Shown: positions 8,397-16,852 of the stretch, piece after piece
Layout: each line of letters starts with the position of its first letter
How positions within the stretch are numbered: position 1 is the first letter of the stretch
Source of the DNA: an uncultured bacterium
GTDB taxonomy: Bacteria > Patescibacteriota > Minisyncoccia > Phycocordibacterales > GWA1-40-21
Assembly (NCBI GenBank): GCA_903831595.1
Contig: CAIKXY010000002.1
Location: 28,339-92,338, forward strand
Direction of reading: 5' to 3'
Length of the DNA stretch: 64,000 nt
Program-made: the position numbers and the translations under genes
The notes under the pieces: generated by a model
What the model saw: only the letters and a program-made list of their open reading frames with translations
What the model was told of the DNA's origin: nothing
Databases searched by the model: none

Positions 8397-9656
8397 ATGC
8401 AAAAAATACTTTCAATATTGAAAAAATTAGTGCCGAAGAAGTTGTTTAAGATGTTGCAACCAATTTATCACTATACTCTAGCTCTTGCGGGAGCGTTGCT
8501 ATATAGATTTCCCTCAAAACAAATTAATGTGGTGGCTGTGACTGGGACAAAAGGTAAGACCTCATCTGTTGAATTTGTAAATGCGATTTTAGAAGAAGCA
8601 GGTAAAAAAACCGCGCTTGCAGGAACCTTGAGATTTAAAATTGGTAATGAATCAAAACCAAATTTGTATAAAATGACAATGCCGGGAAGAATGTTTATAC
8701 AAAAGTTTTTAAGACAGGCTGTAGATGCTGGATGTGAATATGCTGTCATTGAAATCTCTTCAGAAGCTGCAAAACAATACAGAAACAAATTTATTGATTT
8801 GAATGCACTTATTTTTACAAATCTTGCACCAGAACATATTGAGTCTCATGGAAGTTATGAAAAATATGTTGAAGCAAAACTTTCTATTGCAAAAGAATTG
8901 GAAAAATCTTGTAAAAAAGATAAAGCATTGATTGTAAATGCTGATGATAAAGAAAGTGAGAAGTTTTTGAAAATAAATATCACAAACAAGATTGAATATT
9001 CATTATGCGAGGCGACTAACATTGTAATTTCCGAAGATTTTACAAAATTTACATATAATGGAGTGGAAATTGGAACTGTGTTACCGGGTAAATTTAATAT
9101 TTATAATATTTTAGGTGCAATAAAGTATGCTGAAGTAGAAAAAATAAATTTGGATGTGATAAAAAAAGCAATTTTGAAACTAAAAGAGATTGGTGGTAGG
9201 GCACAGCGAATCGAAGAAGGTCAGGATTTTAAAGTGATTGTTGATTATGCTCATACGCCTGATTCTTTGAAGGCGATTTATGAAGCGTATTCTGAAAGCA
9301 CAAAAATCGGGGTACTTGGGAGCTGCGGTGGAGGACGTGATAAATGGAAAAGAAAAGAAATGGCTGAAATTGCAGATAAATATTGCGAAAAGGTAATTCT
9401 CACCGATGAGGATCCTTATGATGATGAACCAAAAGAAATTGTGGAAGATATGGCAAAATATTTTGTTAGAAAAAAACCAGAAATAATTATGGACAGAAGA
9501 GAAGCGATTGCGACTGCGTTTAAATATGCAAAAAGTGGTGACGTAGTAATAATCACGGGAAAGGGAACGGACCCATACATAATGAGAAAAAATGGAGTGA
9601 AAGAAAAATGGAGCGATGCGGAGGTGGCCAGGGAGGAATTAAGAAAATTAAAATAA
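8397..9656 (+). CDS. murE: UDP-N-acetylmuramoyl-dipeptide--diamino acid ligase MurE
   Basis: VTGTKGKTS P-loop, NLAPEHIESHG, VDYAHTPDSL, GGGRDKWKR, ITGKG. Confidence 0.9.
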   Translation: MQKILSILKKLVPKKLFKMLQPIYHYTLALAGALLYRFPSKQINVVAVTGTKGKTSSVEFVNAILEEAGKKTALAGTLRFKIGNESKPNLYKMTMPGRMFIQKFLRQAVDAGCEYAVIEISSEAAKQYRNKFIDLNALIFTNLAPEHIESHGSYEKYVEAKLSIAKELEKSCKKDKALIVNADDKESEKFLKINITNKIEYSLCEATNIVISEDFTKFTYNGVEIGTVLPGKFNIYNILGAIKYAEVEKINLDVIKKAILKLKEIGGRAQRIEEGQDFKVIVDYAHTPDSLKAIYEAYSESTKIGVLGSCGGGRDKWKRKEMAEIADKYCEKVILTDEDPYDDEPKEIVEDMAKYFVRKKPEIIMDRREAIATAFKYAKSGDVVIITGKGTDPYIMRKNGVKEKWSDAEVAREELRKLK

Positions 9657-9662
9657 AATTAA

Positions 9663-9691
9663 AAAGAGCGGCGCCGAAGGCGCCGCTCTTT
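9663..9691. terminator. Bidirectional terminator-like hairpin (near-identical copy at 36004-36032)
   Basis: AAAGAGCGGCGCC-GAA-GGCGCCGCTCTTT between convergent genes. Confidence 0.75.
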
Positions 9692-9695
9692 TAAT

Positions 9696-10559
9696 TTATT
9701 TTTTTAATTCACTTGCAATATATTTTTCAATTGCAATTGCAGTACTTGATGCCGCATATTCAATAAAACTATTTCTTGTGCTAGAGCTCAACATCATTGG
9801 TTCGTAAATATATGCATACTCAATGACAACTACGGGAACTTTTAAAGTGTCATAAACACCCGTTGCGATAAGTTCTTGATCTTCAATTATCAAATCTTTT
9901 TCTTGTAGCATATTGCTTGGTTTTTCTATTTTAGAAATTTCAGTATTTAAATAATTTGCAAATATTCTGCTTGATGAAGAGTTTGAATATTGATGTTCTG
10001 GAATATACATACAGTAACCGTGGAAAACTGGTTTGCCATTAATTTTTGGATTGCTGTTGAAGTGGACATGTAAAACTAAATCAATATTATTTTTTTCTAT
10101 CCATTTATTTGTTCCAAATAAATATAGAACAGCATTTGTTGCCGCATTATTATGTTTCATGTTTGGGTCTATCAATTCTATTTCTCCAGAATCAACTTTT
10201 CCGATCATTTTATTTTTCATCGCAGATGCCCATTCCATTATTGTGGTAGAACTTGTTTCAACATAATTTTTTAAATCAGGATTCCAACCGTTGTTGTCTC
10301 TCGCTATAATTATTTCAAGATTTGGATTGGCAGAAAGTATATCCTGTAAATCATTTGAAAGCTGAAGATTTAAATCTCTTTCTTTTATTGTTTTGAATTC
10401 ATCAGCACCACCAGCTTTTGGCTCATGACCTGCGACAATAAGTATTTTTGTTTTTTTATTTTGGAAAAACTTTTTGTTTGGTTCTTTAAATAAGGAAAAA
10501 ATGATAGCCAGAAGTATTAATGTTAAAAGTATTATTTTTATTGCAAGGTTTTTTTTCAC
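9696..10559 (-). CDS. N-acetylmuramoyl-L-alanine amidase (Amidase_3)
   Basis: N-terminal TM; Zn ligands and catalytic residues in AGHEP, KERDLN, HVHFN, VIEYAY. Confidence 0.85.
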   Translation of the reverse strand: MKKNLAIKIILLTLILLAIIFSLFKEPNKKFFQNKKTKILIVAGHEPKAGGADEFKTIKERDLNLQLSNDLQDILSANPNLEIIIARDNNGWNPDLKNYVETSSTTIMEWASAMKNKMIGKVDSGEIELIDPNMKHNNAATNAVLYLFGTNKWIEKNNIDLVLHVHFNSNPKINGKPVFHGYCMYIPEHQYSNSSSSRIFANYLNTEISKIEKPSNMLQEKDLIIEDQELIATGVYDTLKVPVVVIEYAYIYEPMMLSSSTRNSFIEYAASSTAIAIEKYIASELKK

Positions 10560-10617
10560 TATTATATTCTATGTTATTAAATGGATAAGTTCAATCAATA
10601 TGATAAAATATATACAT

Positions 10618-12318
10618 ATGAAAAACATCAACAACAATTTTGAATCTAATAAAGAACAGCCAAAAGAAATTGAGAAGAAATTCCTAATAGAATCTTCACC
10701 TGAAAATCTAAATACTTTTCCTCATAAGGAAATCATTCAGGGATATATTGCTATTACCGAAGATGGGACTGAGGTTCGTTTAAGGAAGAAAAAAGATAAA
10801 TATTATCAAACTGTAAAATCTGGGTCAGGAAAAATAAGAACAGAAAATGAGGTAGAAATAACGAAAGAGCAGTTTGATGTTTTATGGGGTGCAACAGTTG
10901 GTAAAAGAATTAATAAAACACGATATGAAATCCCAGATAAAGCAGGTGTAATTGAGCTTGATATATACCATGAAGATTTAAATGGGCTTAAGACTGCTGA
11001 GATTGAATTTAATTCTGAAGAGGCGAGTTTGGATTTTGTCCCCCCAGTTTGGTTTGGAAAAGAAGTTACAGAAAATAAGGCGTATAAAAATCAAAATCTT
11101 GCTCGAAATGGGATTCCCCAAGAATCAATCAAAGCAATTCCAGAATATGAATTGAATATTGGTGTTGAAAAACTTATTCAAGAAGTAGAACAAAAAGTAT
11201 TAGAAAATAAGAATGGAACAATCATTGTTGAAATAGCGGGCGGTTCAGCTTCTGGAAAAACAAGCGCAGTTTCAAAAAAATTAATGGAGGCGTTCAACGA
11301 CGAAGCAGTTTTGATATCGATGGACGACTACTACTACGGGCAAACTTTTATGGATCACAAAAAAAATGAAGGCAATGAATTAAACTGGGATCAGCCGGAA
11401 GCTTTAAATATACCAGAACTTAGAAAAAATCTTGAAGATTTGAAACAAGGAAAAACAATTCAAAAACCAAAATATGATTTTAAAACGGGTGAACCAATTG
11501 GATCTGAAGAAATAATGCCAAGAAAGGTAATTGTAATTGAGGGACTATTTGCGTTAAATGATGAAATTAAAACCGAAGGCGATGTAAAAGTATTTGTTGA
11601 TATTGGTACACACGGAAGAATTATAAGAAGACTTCTTCGTGATGTTGTCACAAGAGGAAAAAAACCTGAAGATATAATTAGTTATTTTTCTGGAGTTGTT
11701 GAACCAATGCATGAAAAATATATTCAAAATACAAAACAAAATGCAGACATGGTAATAAAAAATGAATACAAACCTGAAGTTGAGGCTGAACGATCTGGTC
11801 TACATGAGATCCAGTTAAAATTTAAAGCAGATATAGATTTAGAAAACCTGAGAAAACTTGGGGTAGATAAATTGGGACAGACAACTCAAATTGATCACTA
11901 TTATAATCCTAAAGATAGAAATTTAACTGACACAGATGAAATATTGAGAATTAGAGAAGAAGGAAGTGCGACTATTTTAACTTATAAAGGACCTCGAATT
12001 AAGTCACAGTATCGAGATAGGCCAAAATTTGAATTCAATATTGATAGTGAAACTAAAACAAAATTTTTATCTATTTATGGCAATGAGTCAAAAAGTATAA
12101 AAAAAGAAAGAATACTATACCAATTGGATAGCATAGTATTTTCAGTAGATAAAGTCAGTAAGCTTGAAGGAGATATTGAAAAGATAATTGGCACGTATGT
12201 CGAAGTCCGTTCTACGGACAAATCTATTGATGAGAAAAAATTGAATGAGACGTTATCAAAACTTGGTTTAAATATCAAAGATGGAATAAAAGAAACATAT
12301 TTTGAACTTGCAGAATAA
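10618..12318 (+). CDS. CYTH - uridine kinase - CYTH three-domain fusion
   Basis: EIEKKF...RLRK...KTRY...AEIEF (CYTH); IAGGSASGKTS, MDDYY, IEGLFAL, RRLLRD (uridine kinase); EIQLKF, QIDHYY, LRIR, LTYKGP, KKER, YVEV (CyaB-like CYTH). Confidence 0.85.
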   Translation: MKNINNNFESNKEQPKEIEKKFLIESSPENLNTFPHKEIIQGYIAITEDGTEVRLRKKKDKYYQTVKSGSGKIRTENEVEITKEQFDVLWGATVGKRINKTRYEIPDKAGVIELDIYHEDLNGLKTAEIEFNSEEASLDFVPPVWFGKEVTENKAYKNQNLARNGIPQESIKAIPEYELNIGVEKLIQEVEQKVLENKNGTIIVEIAGGSASGKTSAVSKKLMEAFNDEAVLISMDDYYYGQTFMDHKKNEGNELNWDQPEALNIPELRKNLEDLKQGKTIQKPKYDFKTGEPIGSEEIMPRKVIVIEGLFALNDEIKTEGDVKVFVDIGTHGRIIRRLLRDVVTRGKKPEDIISYFSGVVEPMHEKYIQNTKQNADMVIKNEYKPEVEAERSGLHEIQLKFKADIDLENLRKLGVDKLGQTTQIDHYYNPKDRNLTDTDEILRIREEGSATILTYKGPRIKSQYRDRPKFEFNIDSETKTKFLSIYGNESKSIKKERILYQLDSIVFSVDKVSKLEGDIEKIIGTYVEVRSTDKSIDEKKLNETLSKLGLNIKDGIKETYFELAE

Positions 12319-12341
12319 TAAAATAGTTTTACACTGCAAAT

Positions 12342-13274
12342 ATGCCCGAACTACCAGAAGCACAGACAACTGCGGATATATTAAACAGCAAGATAAAAGG
12401 CCTGCGGATTTTAGACGTGTGGACGGATTATGACTCTGTCTTTAATCGCGGCAAAAACAATGTAAAAGACAAAAATTATTTTCCATATTTTAAAAAAGAG
12501 GTATCAAATAAAACTATTTTGAGCGTTACAAGAAGGGCAAAAAACGTGTTAATCAATGTTTCACACAACCCTAATGTTGGTACACGGGCAGGCAAAACTA
12601 TTTTGGTACATATGAAGATGACAGGGCATTTACTATACGGAAAATATAAATTTGAAAACGGAAAATGGCTTCCCCCAAAAGATAGCTCACTTTCTGATCC
12701 GTACAACCGTTTCATCCACCTTGCGTTTAATTTATCTAATAAAAATACTTTGGTCCTATCTGACGCGAGAAAATTTGCAAAAGTTTTTGTCTTTGATACA
12801 GACAAAATAAATAAAATTTCTGACCTTGAAAAACTTGGACCGGAACCACTTGAAAAAAGTTTTACATACAAAGTATTTAAAGAAAAATTATATGAAAAAA
12901 CAAATGGTAAAATAAAAACAGTGATTATGGACCAGACAATTATTGCCGGTATTGGAAATATTTATTCTGACGAAACTCTTTGGTATAGCTGTATTCATCC
13001 GACAACAAAAGTGCAAGATATCAGTGAGGACAAATTAAAATTGCTTTATAAAAATATTATTAAGATTTTGAAAGAGTCTATAAAAGTTGGTGGAGATTCT
13101 ATGTCGGATTATAGAAATCCGTACGGTGAAAAAGGCGGTTATCAAGACCTTCATAAAGTTTACAGAAGAATTGGGGAAAAATGTAAAATGAAAAATTGTA
13201 ACGGTATAGTCCGTAGAATAAAAGTTGGTGGAAGGAGCGCACATTTTTGTGATGTGCACCAAAAGAGTATTTAG
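12342..13274 (+). CDS. mutM: Formamidopyrimidine-DNA glycosylase
   Basis: MPELPE N-terminus, HMKMTG, DARKF, LGPEPL, AGIGNIYSDE, C-terminal Zn finger. Confidence 0.95.
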   Translation: MPELPEAQTTADILNSKIKGLRILDVWTDYDSVFNRGKNNVKDKNYFPYFKKEVSNKTILSVTRRAKNVLINVSHNPNVGTRAGKTILVHMKMTGHLLYGKYKFENGKWLPPKDSSLSDPYNRFIHLAFNLSNKNTLVLSDARKFAKVFVFDTDKINKISDLEKLGPEPLEKSFTYKVFKEKLYEKTNGKIKTVIMDQTIIAGIGNIYSDETLWYSCIHPTTKVQDISEDKLKLLYKNIIKILKESIKVGGDSMSDYRNPYGEKGGYQDLHKVYRRIGEKCKMKNCNGIVRRIKVGGRSAHFCDVHQKSI

Positions 13275-13333
13275 TATCAAGTATTCAGTATTAAAAAAGG
13301 CGGGGCGTTTACGCCACGCCTTTTTAATTTAAT

Positions 13334-13903
13334 TTATTTGCCTAATATTTTAAGTGCCTGTTTAATTCTGTCTCCAGTTTTTGTAATTTTCTTGTCTATA
13401 TTTGCAAGTGCATCACGTGCATCTTTTTGTGTGTAGCCAAGTGCCTTCAATCCTTCCACTGCATCAATCTCATCTCTAAATGTAATATCATTTTCATCGC
13501 TTGTAATATTTATTTTATCTTTAAGTTCAAGTACCATTTTTTCTGCAATCTTTTTTCCGATACCGGAAACTTTTGTAAGATGTGATGTATCGCCGGTCGA
13601 GATCGCTCTTTTTAGTGCGGTGACGGAACTTATATTTAAAACGTTGAGTGCAGTTTTTGGACCGATACCAGAAATGGAAATTAACATTTCAAAAAATTGT
13701 AATTCTTCTTCTGTAAAAAATCCGTAAAGGTCGAGGGCATCCTCTCGCACAACAAGATGTGTAAACAAAGAAATTTTACTTCCTTTTTGTGCAACTTCTT
13801 TTGTTTCTGCTGTAGAGAAAATTTTAAAACCAACACCACCAACTCCGACGGTAATGAATTTTTCATTTGTGTCCCAAACTATACCTTCGATTTTTGCTAT
13901 CAT
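13334..13903 (-). CDS. ruvA: Holliday junction branch migration protein RuvA
   Basis: MIAKIEG, VREDALDLYGF, ISGIGPKTAL, VSGIGKKIAEKMVLELKDK, LKALGY. Confidence 0.97.
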   Translation of the reverse strand: MIAKIEGIVWDTNEKFITVGVGGVGFKIFSTAETKEVAQKGSKISLFTHLVVREDALDLYGFFTEEELQFFEMLISISGIGPKTALNVLNISSVTALKRAISTGDTSHLTKVSGIGKKIAEKMVLELKDKINITSDENDITFRDEIDAVEGLKALGYTQKDARDALANIDKKITKTGDRIKQALKILGK

Positions 13904-14041
13904 ACGTTTAATAATACTACGAAACACGGAAAATAAAAATTGTTTTTATACGTTGATTTCTTTAGACAAAGATGTTAATGTATAGACCTGTCAAAAAACA
14001 TCGTGTCTCGATTATTATTTGATAAATTAATTTAATTAAAA

Positions 14042-14314
14042 ATGCCTATAACATCATCAGCAAAAAAAGCATTAAGAGTCGCCAGCAAGAAAAAAATCTT
14101 TAACACAAGACGAAGTAATGCTGTAGACGGTGCATTGAAAAGCATCAAAAAGCTTATAAAAGAAAATAAAATAAAGGAAGCTGAAAAAATGCTACCAGAA
14201 GTTTATACAGCAATCGATAAAGCCGTTAAAATAAAATATTTGAAAAAGAATACAGGTGCAAGATACAAATCAAGAATCACACTGTTTTTAAACAAATCAA
14301 AAGCTAAAAAATAA
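14042..14314 (+). CDS. rpsT: 30S ribosomal protein S20
   Basis: MPITSSAKKALR...IDKAVK...KKNTGARYKSR. Confidence 0.97.
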   Translation: MPITSSAKKALRVASKKKIFNTRRSNAVDGALKSIKKLIKENKIKEAEKMLPEVYTAIDKAVKIKYLKKNTGARYKSRITLFLNKSKAKK

Positions 14315-14477
14315 GAAAATTTTAAAAGCCGTCGAAAGACGGCCTTTAAAATACCAGGTTTTCTTTACGGTATATGAGTCCGCCACCGCGGATCTCAGAA
14401 CACAACTCGCTTCACTCAACTGATTACAGTTTCGCGAATCGATCTCCGTTAAGAAAAAACACCCATATGGGTGTTTT

Positions 14478-15227
14478 TTACTCTTCTTTTATAGCATCCC
14501 ACATGATATTAAAATATTGTTTATGCATATCAACAATATTTTTGTTTTCAATGATTATTGAGATATACGGTTCAATCAATTGTGTGATATAAATCTTTGT
14601 TGGAATGATCGCGACATTTGCTTTTAAATCTAAATTTGATTCAAACATCTTTACTTTAAAATTATAGTTCTGTTCGTTTTTCTTATAAAATGCCCCCACA
14701 TCATTGTTTTGTAGTATTGTCCTAACTCTTATATTCAATTTTGCTCTTTTTTCAATGAATTTTGTAAAAAATTCCCTATCAATGTTTAAAAACTTTTTTA
14801 AATCAGAAGTAATTAAATATTCATCATTTGGTTTTAAGGAATTATATATATCTTCATATATGGTTTTAACCCCCTCAATCCCTTCATAATACTTAATCAA
14901 GCTCTCACCACCTTTTAGATTATATAAAGCAGAAAGCTCAGGAATCATACTATTAAGCCTATCTTTTTTCTGTTCAATTATTTTTTCGAGCTTATCTGGG
15001 CTTTCAGCAACAAAAAGGTTTTTTAAACCTTTTAATTCAATATTCATAATCCCTTTTCTTTTTAAACTTTCAATAACAGGATAAACAGTGGTGCGTTTTA
15101 CACCTGAATGTTTTGCTATTTTATTTACAGTAGATGGACCCAACATAATAGAGGAAAGGTAAACTAGTGCCTCATGTTCTGAGAGACCAAAATCTATAAG
15201 TATTTCTTTAATATCTTCTTTTTGCAT
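14478..15227 (-). CDS. TrmB-family transcriptional regulator (paralog 2)
   Basis: FGLSEHEALVYL...IAKHSGVKRTTVYPVIESLKRKG; YYEGIEG. Confidence 0.85.
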   Translation of the reverse strand: MQKEDIKEILIDFGLSEHEALVYLSSIMLGPSTVNKIAKHSGVKRTTVYPVIESLKRKGIMNIELKGLKNLFVAESPDKLEKIIEQKKDRLNSMIPELSALYNLKGGESLIKYYEGIEGVKTIYEDIYNSLKPNDEYLITSDLKKFLNIDREFFTKFIEKRAKLNIRVRTILQNNDVGAFYKKNEQNYNFKVKMFESNLDLKANVAIIPTKIYITQLIEPYISIIIENKNIVDMHKQYFNIMWDAIKEE

Positions 15228-15231
15228 AAAA

Positions 15232-15248
15232 TGTCAAATCTTTTGACA
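15232..15248. promoter_or_regulatory. Operator palindrome upstream of TrmB paralog 2
   Basis: TGTCA-AATCTTT-TGACA, 4 nt from the ATG. Confidence 0.65.
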
Positions 15249-15404
15249 ACAATACTATCATATACCATATAGTTTATTTAGTCAAATACAGTTATGTGTT
15301 AACATATTTGACTATATTACACAATATATTATAATATAGTCAAATCAGGTAGGATAGTAAAACCTGATAAAAAGAACCTTGACAATCCCATAGGAGGGAA
15401 AAAT

Positions 15405-16151
15405 ATGAAAAAATTACTTGTAGCTCTAACAGCGTTAGTTGTACTCGTTGGGGTCTCATCCGCGGATGGATGGGTTCCTAGCGGCAGTGTAACAACTGCC
15501 GTAAGCAGCAAGTTGCTTGTCCCAGTATTGGGATGGGTAAAGTACGAGAAGGCAGCATGTTTTACTGCCGACGTCACACTTAACTTGCCGGAAGGATTTA
15601 TTCTGGAAGTTACGGAATATGGCGGGGTTGATTTTAACCTCGACAGTGACGGCGCGGATGAATTGGACTTTATTCTTTGGAAAAAGTTCAATTTGTCTCA
15701 AGACTCTTATTTAAAATTAAGAGTTAAGTATGCCAATGGCTTCCCTTTATCGTTGATGAACGGGAATGACATGTGGTCATACGACCTATTTTTAGGTCAG
15801 ACTGTTAAAGTTAACAGTCAGATAAGTATGGTGGCAGAAATGCGTTTAGAGTATTGCCACTATGTTCGTAGTCTGGCTGAAGGTGTCTGGGTAGTAATGC
15901 CCAGCATCTCAGCTTCATATACAATTGATCCTACGTTTTCCATTTATGGAAAGGTGGGGGGATTGTATAACAGCAAGTTTCTTAGTTTTGGGGAACTTGT
16001 ATCGGGTCAGGCAAGTCTTGGTGTAAAAACCAAGGTTATGAAAAACCTGACCCTGGTGGTGGATGCATCTGGACTGCTGCTCGACGTTAAGAGCGGCGAT
16101 CCTCGGAAGAGCGATGTGGTTTATACCACGTCGCTAACACTAAACTACTAA
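15405..16151 (+). CDS. Secreted protein with beta-barrel-like features
   Basis: Signal peptide ending VSSA, amphipathic beta strands, C-terminal YTTSLTLNY; SD AGGAGG. Confidence 0.6.
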   Translation: MKKLLVALTALVVLVGVSSADGWVPSGSVTTAVSSKLLVPVLGWVKYEKAACFTADVTLNLPEGFILEVTEYGGVDFNLDSDGADELDFILWKKFNLSQDSYLKLRVKYANGFPLSLMNGNDMWSYDLFLGQTVKVNSQISMVAEMRLEYCHYVRSLAEGVWVVMPSISASYTIDPTFSIYGKVGGLYNSKFLSFGELVSGQASLGVKTKVMKNLTLVVDASGLLLDVKSGDPRKSDVVYTTSLTLNY

Positions 16152-16230
16152 GTTTAGTGACACGCCAGTCTAAAAGACTGGCGTGTATTATTAAAATCAC
16201 CTAACAAAGCTTGATCCCAAGGAGGGAGAT

Positions 16231-16647
16231 ATGAAAAATACAGCAAACGTGTTTTTTGTAAGGTATGGTTCATACGTAAATGGTTTCCTAAGCAAAAAAG
16301 GTGAACAAGAAGCTGCAAAAGCTGGGAAAAAAATATTCAAATACTTGAAAGGCGAAGGTGCTACAGTAATAGTGACGTCTCCACTAACTCGTGCGGTGCA
16401 GACAACATCAGTTATGGCGAAATACCTTAGGGTGGAATTGATTCAAACTGAAAATTTTCTTAACTATGAGGTGTATTGCAACCGCAAGAAAAATTTTGAA
16501 AGAGTAAAATCTAGTCTTGCCAAAGCTGGATATGAAAATATTGTTTTTGTATCACACCAGCCAATCCTAGACGGGTTTGGCGTAATGGGAAGTGGTACTG
16601 GCGACGCCTATGTGTTAATAAAGGGCGTTGTAAAAAAATTGAAGTAG
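16231..16647 (+). CDS. Histidine-phosphatase (SixA-like) fold protein with RHG changed to RYG
   Basis: FFVRYG...LSKKGEQEA...VTSPLTRAVQT...FVSHQP. Confidence 0.75.
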   Translation: MKNTANVFFVRYGSYVNGFLSKKGEQEAAKAGKKIFKYLKGEGATVIVTSPLTRAVQTTSVMAKYLRVELIQTENFLNYEVYCNRKKNFERVKSSLAKAGYENIVFVSHQPILDGFGVMGSGTGDAYVLIKGVVKKLK

Positions 16648-16709
16648 TTTGTATTGTATAGCCCGTTCAAATCATTTATGATTTGAACGGGCTTTTTTTA
16701 TTGTACTTG

Positions 16710-16781
16710 TCCTCTCAGTAGGAATCGAACCTACATCTAACCCTTCGCAAGGGTTTGTCCTATCCATTGAACGATGAGAGG
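16710..16781 (-). tRNA. tRNA-Arg(GCG)
   Basis: CCTCTCA acceptor/TGAGAGG, D arm GTTCAATGGATAGGAC, anticodon arm AACCC-TTGCGAA-GGGTT, T arm GTAGG-TTCGATT-CCTAC; no encoded CCA. Confidence 0.92.
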
Positions 16782-16852
16782 ATGTGCAATTAGCAGTTTA
16801 AGCTAGATATGTTAAAAAGTAAAATATATTTGTCTAATATAAACCTTATAAA

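Noticed and set aside
4260-16695. Hairpins after small orphan genes as integron attC sites
   Set aside because: No GTTRRRY/RYYYAAC cores in the right arrangement and no integron integrase; they look like terminators
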